This document shows, one piece after another, positions 10,875 to 21,710 of a stretch of 32,000 nucleotides of DNA (positions are counted from its first letter, which is position 1; each line of letters starts with the position of its first letter). The stretch lies in contig NC_010503.1 of NCBI RefSeq assembly GCF_000019345.1, positions 390,001 to 422,000 on the forward strand, in the 5' to 3' direction. A program made the translations under genes and the position numbers. The stretch is from Ureaplasma parvum serovar 3 str. ATCC 27815 (GTDB lineage: Bacteria > Bacillota_I > Bacilli_A > Mycoplasmatales > Mycoplasmoidaceae). The notes under the pieces are model-generated. The model was not told the DNA's origin, did no database searches, and saw nothing but the letters and a program-made list of their open reading frames with translations.

Positions 10875-11898
10875 AGTAAATGTTAATATCTTGAGTTTGT
10901 TGACTTTGATCAATTTCTTTATTATTAATGTTAATTAAATTAGTTTTTTTATTTAAACAACCATTTTGGTATTTTGATTTTAGTGACTCTGCTATTTCTT
11001 TTTCTATAATGATTAAATCTAAATTATCAAAATCTTGTTTAATTACTTTTTGTAATTCAAAAATTTTTTCATCACTATCCATATCAATAACCATAATGAT
11101 GTTTAATTCTGCCAAACCAGAATAAATATAATTCATTATTCTCATTAAATTATAATCAGCATTCATATTAAAAACAAAACGATGGTTATATTCTTTGATC
11201 CCTTCAATAAATAATACTTTACGTTTTAGTATAAATTTGAATGAATTAATTAAATTCATCCTTGCGATCAAATAATCTTCTAAGCTCATTTTATTAGTTC
11301 TAGGTCTAATTTTTTTAATCATGTATATATATAAACAACTAAAAAATAAAAAAAATAGGACTAATAAAATCAATACAACTACACTAGGACTTGAAAAATA
11401 AGCTTTTCAAACTTTTGGAATTAATTCTCATTGATCGACATTTAAGATTGATGATCCACCAGTTAATCCATTAATATTAGAAGGAGATAAATTTTTCATA
11501 ATAATCTGTCCATCAATAATTAAATCTCCTTTAAATTGACCACGACTTAATGTAATTGATTTGATAACACAGTCAATAATTGGCCTTGCAACACCAGCGA
11601 GAATACATACAATTAATGCAACGATACAAAATAAAAAAAAGATTTCGATTAATCATGAACGTAAAGAACGTTTTGCATGTGAAATTTCAGGATTTAATTT
11701 ATAATTTGTAGTTTGAAATCATCATTCCATGAAATAAAATAGAATTTTACTTTTTTTCTTAATATGAGCATCAAAGCTTTCACGCACAATTTTTAAAAAA
11801 CGATCATTACTATAAATCGTTCCACTATCATGCAAAAAACGAGTGTCAAAACTGCGCTTTTTACGAAATGATTTATTTACAATTAAAATTGTTTTCAA
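10873..11898 (-). CDS. hypothetical membrane protein (about 341 aa, two predicted TM segments)
   Basis: Track ORF 10873-11373 extends upstream through TGA=Trp codons to a TTG start at 11898 preceded by AAAGGA. Hydrophobic segments IEIFFLFCIVALIVCILAGVA and VVVLILLVLFFLFFSCLYIYM. Confidence 0.7.
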
Positions 11899-12003
11899 TA
11901 AATATTTTCCTTTATCTTAATTAATACTATATAAACTTTATTTATTAATATTAACAAATTATTATTAATAATTTATTCTTATTACTGATAAAATAATAAC
12001 ATT

Positions 12004-12687
12004 ATGAGTGCTATTAGTAAAAATATTATTATCATTAACAAACCAATAAAATGAACTTCTAATGATGTTGTTCAAAAGGTTAAACGGGTTATTGGTGCTA
12101 AAAAAGTTGGACATGCTGGAACTTTAGATCCTAATGCTTCAGGTGTTTTAGTATTGGGAATTAATGAAGGAACAAAACTATTAACAAAATTAATACTAGA
12201 TAATAAATCATATATTGCTGAAATTAAATTTGGAACATCAACAAATACTTATGATGCAGCAGGTGAAATTGTTTCATCTACAAACCGAATGGTTACATTA
12301 ACTGAGGTTACTAAAATAGTTAAAGATTTTTATAAAAATGATTATTGACAAAAACCCCCACAATTTAGCGCTTTAAAAATCAACGGGCAAAAAGCTTATG
12401 TTTTAGCACGTCAAAAAGTTGATTTTGAAATAGCACCACGATTAGTTAAAATATTTAAATATCAAATTATGGATTTCAATTATGAAAAACAAATTTTAAA
12501 AATTTCTTTACATGTTTCTAAAGGTTTTTATGTTCGTTCTTTTGCTGTTGATTTAGCTACTAAAATTAATAATCTAGCTCATTTATTGACATTAATAAGG
12601 ACGCAAAGTGGACCTTTTGAGATTAAAGATGCAATTGAAATTGAACAAGTCTATGATTATTGAAATAACATCAACAAATATTTATAA
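12004..12687 (+). CDS. truB: tRNA pseudouridine(55) synthase (227 aa)
   Basis: KPIKWTSNDVV, KKVGHAGTLDPNASGVLVLGINEGTKL, SKGFYVRSFAVDLA; TGA=Trp in at least three places, joining track ORFs. Confidence 0.93.
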
Positions 12688-13504
12688 AATTAAGCAACAA
12701 TTCGTCATTAATGAATTAATTATTGGTTTTTTTGATGGAATTCATTTAGGTCATATGAATTTATTATCAGATCCTAATAACCAAACTATTTTAACTTTTA
12801 AAAATATCCCACGTAAAATAAAAAAATTATATGATTTTAATGAGCGAATTCAACAATTAGAAGATTTAGGATTTAAAAGGATTTTTATTTATGATATTGA
12901 TCAAAACAATTTAAGTGGGGAAGAATTTATTGATCAAATTTTAAAGCCACTAACTCCAAAAAAAATTATTGTTGGTGCTAATTTTACTTATGGCAATAAT
13001 TTTTGTAATGCATCTAGTCTAAAACAATATTTTAATGTTGAAATTAAAATTATTACTAATGATGTTAGTACAACTAAAATTAAAGAATTAATTATAAATA
13101 AACAGGTTGAAATAGCTAATAAATTATTAATTAAACCATATTATCGTGTGGGAAATGTTGTACGTGGCGATCAAATAGCTCGTAATATTGGTTTTAATAC
13201 TGCTAATATTTTATGTGATAATAATTTAATTGATATTGCTGAAGGTGTTTACAAAGCACAAGTAATTTTTAATAATAAAAAGTATGATAGTGTAGTTTAT
13301 TTAGGAATCCCTAAAACAATTAATACTCGCTCTTTTTCAATGATTGAAGCACATATTTTAGACTTTAATCAAAATATTTATGACGAAAGAATTAAGATTG
13401 TTTTTTTGAAATATTTAGCTCCTAATTTAAAATTTAATAATATAGATGAATTAATCACTGCAATTAAAAATTATATTAAATTGGTTCTTGATAAAACAAA
13501 TTAG
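12653..13504 (+). CDS. ribF: bifunctional riboflavin kinase/FAD synthetase
   Basis: GFFDGIHLGHMNLL, VGANFTYGNN, GNVVRGDQIARNIGFNTANI, GVYKAQVIF...YDSVVYLG. Overlaps the truB 3' end by 35 nt. Confidence 0.9.
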   Translation: MIIEITSTNIYKIKQQFVINELIIGFFDGIHLGHMNLLSDPNNQTILTFKNIPRKIKKLYDFNERIQQLEDLGFKRIFIYDIDQNNLSGEEFIDQILKPLTPKKIIVGANFTYGNNFCNASSLKQYFNVEIKIITNDVSTTKIKELIINKQVEIANKLLIKPYYRVGNVVRGDQIARNIGFNTANILCDNNLIDIAEGVYKAQVIFNNKKYDSVVYLGIPKTINTRSFSMIEAHILDFNQNIYDERIKIVFLKYLAPNLKFNNIDELITAIKNYIKLVLDKTN

Positions 13505-13560
13505 GTATATAAACCAATAAATAATTTTTTATAGTAGTAAAATCTTAATGGCTATTATAA

Positions 13561-13592
13561 AAAAAACATAAACTTTCATGGTTTATTTTTTG
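13561..13592 (+). terminator. weak intrinsic terminator-like hairpin after ribF
   Basis: ATAAAC-tttcatg-GTTTAT followed by TTTTT. Confidence 0.4.
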
Positions 13593-13646
13593 TTTAAAGT
13601 AGTTGTATATTTAATTATTATAAATAGAGTAAGGACTAATCATTTT

Positions 13647-15314
13647 ATGAAGATGAAAGCTAAGAAATTTTTAATTACAGGATTATTAGGTGTAGTTAGT
13701 TTAGCAACTATTACCACAGTAGCTACAGCTTGTACAAATGGCAATAATCAAAAGGCTAATACAGTAAATAATAAGTCTGATTTAAAAACAAATCCAAATA
13801 TTAATTTAACTCAACAAGATGTAGAAAATTTGGAAAAACAAAGACAACAATGAAGTGAAGATTTAGATGTTTATTTTAATGGTGGGTTAAGTAAAAGTGG
13901 CAAAAATTTTGACCGTATAAATACATTATCATCAAATGCAACGGAATGATTTAAGAATCATCAAAAATTAGCGGCAACACGTGATTCTGGATCATTGGTA
14001 CAAGATGATGCAGCTTATTCATTTGGAATTGCACCCGATTATGTTCATTATAAATGAGTTTCAAAAGATGGTGGCGACGTTTCTCCATCATATTTAAAAC
14101 CATATTGAAATAAAAATTTAACTGAAGGTAGAAACTTTTCAAAATTAGACCCAAAGACTTTGGATGATAATGGAATCGGTGTTTTATTAATATCTGATCA
14201 CCATTATGGTAAATGAAATGATAATTTTTTAAGCAAAAAAACTGTTGGTGGATTAATTATGCAATCACGAGTTTCTGGTTTGCCATCACACTATCCTGCT
14301 GTTCTAACACCAAAATTTTTATTTGATCCTAATTTAAATCCAAATTTAAAAAAATATGCTTCTGCTAATTATGCGTTACCTAATTATTACTCTGACCCAC
14401 TAGATGGGATTATTTTAACAGGAAAAACTTTAGATCGTATTTATGATGCTAAAAAGTTTTCTAATGTTTATAATGCACATGTAGCTGGCAAAACACATTT
14501 TGAGACATTCACAGATTTTGCAAAGGCAATGGTTGATGAAACGCGTCGTGGAATTTCACAATGATCTTTAAAAAATGATAAATGAAAAGATAAAACAGTT
14601 TTAATGGTTATGCCTAACTTTACTCCAACAGCTAAAATGGTAGATGTTAATTTTAAACCAGAAGACTTAGAATTCTTGAGTAATGTTTGCATTAATGAAC
14701 CTATGTATTGTCCAACAATATATAGTGATCCAAATGATAAATATTTACCTGGATTAGGTGCAAAATTCCCTATTCCAGTAAATCATATTTCACAAGTGCA
14801 AAATTATATTGATGATTATGGACAAATTGGTGGAAAAGTATTAAATGGTACTGGTAATCCAGAAGCATCAAAACAAGTTGGCCCAACTTTAGGTGATGCT
14901 TTTAAAGATACAAGTGACGTTGTAGTTTTCTGTTATAACGAATACGGTTTATTAAATTACAAACCCGGAACTGAAGAAGGCGAAGCTTTAGTACAACAAT
15001 TTGAAAAGAATTTAACAAATTATGTTAATGGTTTAACAAAAGAAACAAAAAATCAATTTGTGCCAACAAAAGTTTTAAAAGAAAAACCAGTCGTGGGTAA
15101 GAATTTCTTTATTGAACGTAAAGGTAAGTTCTATGATGCATGTTATGGTTTTGCTGGTCAAGATTTAGTAGTTAATACATTAAATAAATGAACAAGGGGA
15201 GCTAACGCTCAAAATATAGATTTAGGGTATCCTATTTTTAATAAAAATACAGTTAAACACATTAGAGCATTTAAGGATTCTTTAGGTGTTAAAGTTTTAG
15301 ACAAACAAAAATAG
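13647..15314 (+). CDS. lipoprotein paralog 1 (555 aa), putative substrate-binding lipoprotein of adjacent FecCD-type ABC permeases
   Basis: Signal peptide/lipobox MKMKAKKFLITGLLGVVSLATITTVATA|C. Continuous frame through multiple TGA=Trp; shares TRDSGSL-QDDAAYSFGIAPDY, GKTLDRIYDAKKF, PVVGKNFFIERKG with the two other lipoproteins. Function is inferred from position only. Confidence 0.85.
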
Positions 15315-15328
15315 AGAAATAAATAGTT

Positions 15329-16399
15329 ATGCAAATAAAACAAGTAAATATTAATAAAAAAGATCTTTCTATTTATAAAAAACTCATTGAAGCAAAAAAA
15401 TTTGTTAGTACACAAATTCGTCGTCCTTATATGATAACGATTATTGTATTAACATTTATTATCTTAGCTGTTGGTATGTTTTTTATGAATGTTTTTTATG
15501 AAAAATCTACATATTTTGATGCGAATTATAATACTCATGTAACCTATTTTCGAACTTGAGCTAAAGTAGTAGCTGATGATAAAAGTATTTTATTGTATTG
15601 GTATCCACCTATCGTTAAATTATTTGTAGCAATTTCTATGCCGGTTGCTGGATATGCCATTCAGATTACAACTCAGAATCGTTTATCATCACCTTCAACA
15701 TTAGGATACATTCCAGTTTCAATTTTGGCTTATGTAGCAATGTTGATGATTGATCAAGGTAAAAGCTGATTAGTATATGTTTTTGGGTTTATATTTTCAT
15801 CATTTATCATTTTAGTTAATTATATTTTACAACGACAAAAATCTAGTAATCGTTCATTTAAACCAGTTTTAATTGGATTTGCTATATCTGCAACAATTAC
15901 AGCGGTAGGTTTAGTAATTGCTGTTTCACGTCCAAATATTTTAAATCGAGTGACAATTTGAACTGGTGAATTACCAAATGTTTATGAGTGATTAAAATTA
16001 TATATTTCAATGCCTTTAATTTTGATTTGTTTATTTGCTTTTTTAGTATTATCACCAAAATTAAAAATTATGCAACGCGATTTTGCTTTGGCAAAATCTT
16101 TAGGAATCAAAGTTAATTTAATTTTTTGAGTCGTGACAGTTTTAACAGCAATTGTAACAATTGCAACTGTTAATATTACAAGTCCCATGATTCTATTAGG
16201 TTTAATTATTCCAAATATAGTTAGGGCAACATTTAATAAACATGAACCATTATTTGTATTTTTTGTATCTATTGTATTTTCATTAGCATTGTTAGAAGTT
16301 TCATTATTTTTATCACTAAATTATCGTTTTGGTCCTAACTTTTTAATGGCTATTGTTAGTGCATTTGTGTTAATTTTTATTATGCGAAAACACGGATAA
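15329..16399 (+). CDS. FecCD-type ABC transporter permease (iron/siderophore/cobalamin class), 356 aa
   Basis: Polytopic protein; MPVAGYAIQITTQNRLSSPSTLGYIPVSILAY (core FecCD P-x-xGxx-Q-...-N-L-A/S-P-x-x-LG pattern), ...SLGIKVNL....TAIVTIATVNITSPMILLGLIIPNIVR. TGA=Trp. Confidence 0.82.
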
Positions 16400-16404
16400 A
16401 TAAT

Positions 16405-17508
16405 ATGAAAAATCCATCACGATTTATATTTATAATAAAAAATAATATTTTAAATACCATTAACAATGCATCATTTATTGAAAATGGAAATTTCAAGAAA
16501 AAATTTCGGGTTTATGCACGCAAGCAACATTTAGCAGCTTGAGTTATTAGTATTGTTACAATTCTTTTTTTATCGTTATTAGTTATGTTTATTAAAATTA
16601 ATAACCAAGGTCAATTATTAAATAATCGGACTCCTTTAGATTTGTTTAAAGTAAATTATGAAACAATCTTACAAATTTGAATTACAGGAGCATCATTAGG
16701 AGCATCAGCTTATATGTTCCAACGGATTACTAAAAATCGATTAGTTGATACATCAACTCTTGGGATAGGTAATGTTTGTTTGATTGGGTTATTTTTTTTA
16801 GCAATATCAATTAATTTTGAAAATTATGGTTCTCAAAAACTTTTTGAAAATTTATTACCTTTTATTTTTATAATATCAGGAGTATGTGCCGGATTAATTT
16901 TGTATTGATTTTCAAAAAAACGAACCGGTTTTAGCCATACAAAGTTAATTGTCTCTGGTGTATTCATTAATTTTATTGCTATTGCTTTATCAATTAGCTT
17001 AAAAGACAATTTAACTCTAGTTGCATCAAATTATATTGACGATCGTTTGTTAGGTAATTTTTCAAACCGTAATAGTACTGAAAAATATTTAAGTTATGCT
17101 GTTTTTTTATTTTTAATGATATGATGCTTTTTGCGTTCTGCTAAATTTAAAGTTGTTATTACAGATACAATGATTGCTGAACAATTAGGATTAAAAGTAA
17201 AATTATTGAATTTAGAAATGATTTTTATCTCATCTTGTTTAACAGCTGTTTCATATATTATGGGAGGAAATGTATTATTTTTAGGAATTGCTGCAGCAAA
17301 TTTAGGGTATGCGGTTTTTGGTAATCGCTTTAGTTCATCAATAATTTTTTCAAGCTTCATCACCATTATCTTTTTAATTTTTGGTCAATTTATTTTAGAT
17401 AATATCGTTCAAAATTTAACTAGTTTGGTATTTGACGCCCCTATTGTAACTCCTTTATTAGTAGCTCCAATATTTACATTTATTATCTTATTTAAAAATA
17501 ATATTTAA
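16405..17508 (+). CDS. FecCD-type ABC transporter permease, second subunit, 367 aa
   Basis: GASLLGASAYMFQRITKNRLVDTSTLGIGNVCLIG, MIAEQLGLKVKLLNLEMIFISSCLTAVSYIMGGNVLFLGIAAANLGYAVFG. Six nt after the previous permease; TGA=Trp. Confidence 0.82.
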
Positions 17509-17520
17509 GCACAATCTTAG

Positions 17521-17561
17521 TAGTGAACAAGCCATATTGTTCACTATTTTTTTTTTTTTTT
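17521..17561 (+). terminator. intrinsic terminator of permease operon with unusually long T tract
   Basis: Perfect 10-bp stem TAGTGAACAA / TTGTTCACTA, 6-nt loop GCCATA, followed by 15 consecutive T (17547-17561). Confidence 0.85.
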
Positions 17562-17656
17562 GGGTGGTAAATGGAAAAAAATATATTTATTTTTGTGTAT
17601 TAAAATTAAAGGTATTAATAATTTTTTTAAATAAAAAATAAAGAAAGAATATTGTT

Positions 17657-19291
17657 ATGAAATATAAAAAAATTTGAATTACTTCAATAGCTTCTATTGC
17701 TTTTATAACAACTATTGTAAGTACAACTACAGCTTGTAGTAAAGTTAATAATGAAGTTAAGTCTTCAAATGACATTTTTAAACAAATATTACCAACTAAA
17801 GAAGAACTTACAAATTTAATTAAAAGACGTAAGGATTGAGCTAATGATTTACAAGTTTATTTTGAGGGTGGAAAGTCTGCTTCAGGAAAAGAATTTGAGC
17901 GAATTCAAACTTTAGCAACAAATGCAAGTATATATTATCAAAAGAACCAAAAAATTGCTATGACGCGTGATTCTGGCTCATTATGTCAAGATGATGCCGC
18001 ATATTCATTTGGAATTGCACCAGATATTTCTAATTATCGTTGAAAAGCAGGTGATGTAGAAGAAGTTGTACCACATTATTTATCTTACCTTTATAATCCT
18101 AAATTAACTAAAGGTATGGAACTTAAAGGTGTTAAAGCAGAAACATTAGCTGCTGAGAATGTAGGTACTTTATTTATTGCAGATTTTAAATTTGGAAATT
18201 ATAAAACTAATTTTTTAGATAAAAATAAAATAGGTGGAATTGTTATGCAGTCACGATCATCAGGTTTGCCTTCAAAAACACCAGCTTTATTCATGCCTAA
18301 TTGGTTATTTGGTAAAAATAACCCTTATTTAGAGACTGACGTTAACGCTTCAGCTGGAATTACAGATTTTTTTGTTGATCCATATGATGGCTTAATCTTT
18401 ACAGGTAAAACCTTAGATCGCATTTATGATGCAAAAAAATTTGATAATGTTAATAAAGCGGTTATTGATGGTAAAAGCAATTTTCAAACATTTACAGATT
18501 ATGCAAAAGCAATTGTTAGTGTTGTACGAAAGAATGTTTCGAATTGAGCTAAACAACATAGTTATTGAAAAAATAAAACTGTTGTTATGACAATGCCAAA
18601 CGTAATGAAAGGAGCACGAATTATTGATCCTAATTTTAGTAAAGATGATTTACTATTCTTAGGTAATATTTTTATTCCACAACCTGTTTATTTTCCAATT
18701 TTATATGCAGACCAAAATGATGAATATACACCTGGATTAGGAGCTAAATTTCCTATTCCTAAAAAAGATATAAATGAAGTTCAACGCTATGTAGATAATT
18801 GAGGTTGAATAGGTGGAGCAATTTTAAGTGATGCTACTAATCCTGATGCTGCAAAACGTGTTGGTCCAACATTGGGTGAAGCTTTTGAAGGAACGGTTGA
18901 TAAAGTAATTTATTCATATAATGAATATTTAATTAAAGGATATAAACCAGGAACAGCAGAAGGTGAAGCTATAATTAAAAAATTCGAAGCTAATTTAGCA
19001 AAATATGTAAATAGTTTAGATATAAATACAAAAAATAGTTTTAATCCTACAAGGATTTTAAAAGAAAAGCCAGTGGTAGGTAAAAACTTTTTTATCGAAA
19101 GAAAAGGTAATATTTACGATGCTAATTATGGATTTATAGGTCAAAAAACTATGGTTAATATTTTAAATCGTTGAATGAATGGTGAAAATAGTCCAGAAGT
19201 TGATTTGGGTATTCCTAATTTTACTAAGGATAATGTTAAACATTTACGTGCTTTTAAAGATGAATTAAATGTTAAAAATACTGATGAATAA
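17657..19291 (+). CDS. lipoprotein paralog 2 (544 aa)
   Basis: Lipobox MKYKKIWITSIASIAFITTIVSTTTA|C; paralogous to 13647-15314 and 19384-21018; TGA=Trp joins three track ORFs. Confidence 0.87.
18347..18504 (+). repeat. 158-nt block identical to 20071-20228 (lipoproteins 2 and 3)
   Basis: Line-by-line comparison: gcttcagctggaattacag...acatttacagattatgc identical in both copies. Confidence 0.9.
18839..19074 (+). repeat. 236-nt block matching 20566-20801 with two substitutions seen
   Basis: 125 nt identical, then 2 substitutions within 8 nt, then 103 nt identical. Confidence 0.85.
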
Positions 19292-19292
19292 T

Positions 19293-19336
19293 AAAAATTT
19301 TACGCATTGGAAGTTTTTATGCATAAATTTTTTAAA
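19293..19336 (+). terminator. possible terminator hairpin after lipoprotein 2
   Basis: AAAAATTTTACGCAT ... ATGCATAAATTTTTT imperfect stem with T run. Confidence 0.45.
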
Positions 19337-19383
19337 TTTATTAATTAATCATTTAAACTTAAAAAAGGAATTACTAAAAATAT

Positions 19384-21018
19384 ATGAAGTTGAAGTTTAA
19401 AAAAATCTTATTATCTATATCAACTAGTTTAATAATTTTATCATCAATTATTACAATTGCTGCATGTAGCAATCAAGTAAAATCTAAAACAAATTTTTCA
19501 AAAACAACACCAACTTTAGAAGAATTGACTGAGCTTAAAAAAAGAGAAGAAGCATGAAAAGCTGATTTAGAAGTTTATTTTGAAGGTGGAGTAAGTAAGT
19601 CAGGAAAAAAATTTAATCGAATTGAAACTTTATCATCAAAAGCTAGTTCTTATTATCAAAAAAACCAAAAAATTGCGGTTACTAATGATTCTAGTTCGTT
19701 ATGTCAAGATGATGCACTATATGCATTTGGAATCGCACCTGATTATTCTGGCTTTCGTTGAAAAACAAGCGAACTTGAAGAAGTACATCCTCATTATTTA
19801 AATTATTTATACAACTCTAAACTAACAAAGGGAATGAATTTCACAGGTAAAGGAGCATTACCAGAGAATTTTGCTAAATTAAATGTGGGTACATTATTTA
19901 TTGCTGATTTTAAATTCAATAAGTATAAAGAAAATTTTTTAGATAAAAATGAAATTGGTGGTGTAGCAATGCAATCACGATCATCAGGTTTGCCTTCAAA
20001 AACACCAGCCTTATTCATGCCTAGCTGGTTGTTTGGTAAAAATAATCCTTATTTAGAAACTGATGTTAATGCTTCAGCTGGAATTACAGATTTTTTTGTT
20101 GATCCATATGATGGCTTAATCTTTACAGGTAAAACCTTAGATCGCATTTATGATGCAAAAAAATTTGATAATGTTAATAAAGCGGTTATTGATGGTAAAA
20201 GCAATTTTCAAACATTTACAGATTATGCTAATGTTGCTGTAAAAGCTGTTCGAAAAAGAGTTTCACAATGAGCAAAACAAAATAATAAATGAAAAGATAA
20301 AACAACGGTTATGATTAGTCCTGATGTAATGCCAAATGGTCGAATTGTAGATCCAAACATTACTAAAGAAGATTTATTACATTTAAGTAATTTTTTTATT
20401 ACCCAACCCGTTTATTTACCAATTTTATATGCTGATCAAAATCATCCTTATACACCTGGAATGGGTTGTAAATTCCCTATTCCTAAAAAACACTTAGAAG
20501 ATGTACAAAAATATATTGATAATTGAGGTTGAATAGGCGGTGCAATATTATCATCTAGTGCAGAAAATCCTGATGCTGCAAAACGTGTTGGTCCAACATT
20601 GGGTGAAGCTTTTGAAGGAACGGTTGATAAAGTAATTTATTCATATAATGAATATTTAATTAAAGGATATAAACCAGGAACAGCAGAAGGAGAAGCTGTA
20701 ATTAAAAAATTCGAAGCTAATTTAGCAAAATATGTAAATAGTTTAGATATAAATACAAAAAATAGTTTTAATCCTACAAGGATTTTAAAAGAAAAGCCAG
20801 TTGTTGGTAAAAATTTCTTTATTGAACGTGAAGGAACATTCTGCGATGGTTGTTATGGTTTTATGGGTCAAAAAACAATTGTTAATATTTTAAATCGTTG
20901 AATGAATGGTGAAAATAGTCCAGAAGTTGATTTGGGTACTCCTAATTTTACTAAGGATAATGTTAAACATTTACGTGCTTTTAGAGATGAATTAAATGTT
21001 AAAAATACTGATGAATAA
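19384..21018 (+). CDS. lipoprotein paralog 3 (544 aa)
   Basis: Lipobox MKLKFKKILLSISTSLIILSSIITIAA|C; same length as and very similar to paralog 2; TGA=Trp joins track ORFs. Confidence 0.87.
20071..20228 (+). repeat. 158-nt block identical to 18347-18504
   Basis: See partner repeat. Confidence 0.9.
20566..20801 (+). repeat. 236-nt block matching 18839-19074
   Basis: See partner repeat. Confidence 0.85.
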
Positions 21019-21034
21019 TCCTTCGTAATTATAA

Positions 21035-21081
21035 AAAATGTGAATTATTTCTTTATATTTATAAGAAAGCGTTCACATTTT
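21035..21081 (+). terminator. nested hairpin after lipoprotein 3 (putative terminator)
   Basis: Outer arms AAAATGTGAA / TTCACATTTT (10 bp), inner TTTCTT / AAGAAA; no clean T tract. Confidence 0.5.
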
Positions 21082-21175
21082 ATTTATTATTTTTAGAGTT
21101 TATCTAAAAATTTAATTCTTACAAAAAGAATTAAAGTAGAATATATATTAGTTTTATAAAAATAAGGATTAATTA

Positions 21176-21700
21176 ATGAAAAATAAGTATTTTAGAAAAA
21201 ATAAATTTTGGTTATTAATACCAATAAGTTTTGTAAGTCTTGGAAGTATTACATTAGTTGCTACTGCTTGTGTAAAGAAAAATTTTTATCCTAATACATT
21301 TGCAGATGATCAGATTTATATCACTAAGAATAATGAAAAAACTGTTAAGTTTCGTATTAGTCGTAATGATGAAGAAAATAAAAAGTATTTTAAAGATGAT
21401 CTTAAATGAAATACTTTCATTAATAAACTTAAAAAAACTTATATTAATGTTGAAACTGTTATTCCAAAAGAAAACGCAAAACAAAATATTAAGCAACAAG
21501 ATTTATGCATGCGCGCATTACCTGTACAAGTTTTAAGTAATAATAAATATGTTGATATTTACGTAAAGATTCCTGTTTTATTAGCTAATACTAAAATGTT
21601 AGTTGTTGGTGATGATTTACTAAAATCATTTTATTTTGATACAGATAACTTAATAATGAATGCTAAACATTTTCAACCAATTCCTATCAAAATGCTTTAG
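21176..21700 (+). CDS. short putative lipoprotein (174 aa)
   Basis: MKNKYFRKNKFWLLIPISFVSLGSITLVATA|C lipobox; AAGGA upstream; one TGA=Trp joins track ORFs 21176-21409 and 21509-21700. No similarity evident to the large lipoproteins beyond the signal peptide. Confidence 0.75.
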
Positions 21701-21710
21701 TTTGTTAATA

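Noticed and set aside
10928-11125. Plus-strand 65-aa ORF
   Set aside because: Antisense to the larger membrane protein frame that continues to 11898 with SD; spurious.
17094-17366. Minus-strand 90-aa ORF inside FecCD permease 2
   Set aside because: Antisense to a conserved permease region; no SD.
19803-20018. Minus-strand 71-aa ORF inside lipoprotein 3
   Set aside because: Mirror of the conserved lipoprotein coding sequence; no independent evidence.
17657-21018. Fragmented lipoprotein ORFs (18116-18547, 18587-18802, 18872-19174 and equivalents) as degraded genes
   Set aside because: They form two intact 545-codon frames with TGA=Trp at equivalent positions, so they are not pseudogenes.
13647-21018. 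Defence or toxin-like system among the large lipoproteins
   Set aside because: Only secretion signals and paralogy are visible, with no nuclease, NTPase or toxin motif; the transport or surface interpretation is better supported.
13647-21700. Possible mobile element or prophage carrying the lipoprotein cluster
   Set aside because: No transposase, integrase, terminal inverted repeats or target duplications seen; flanked by ordinary housekeeping genes.
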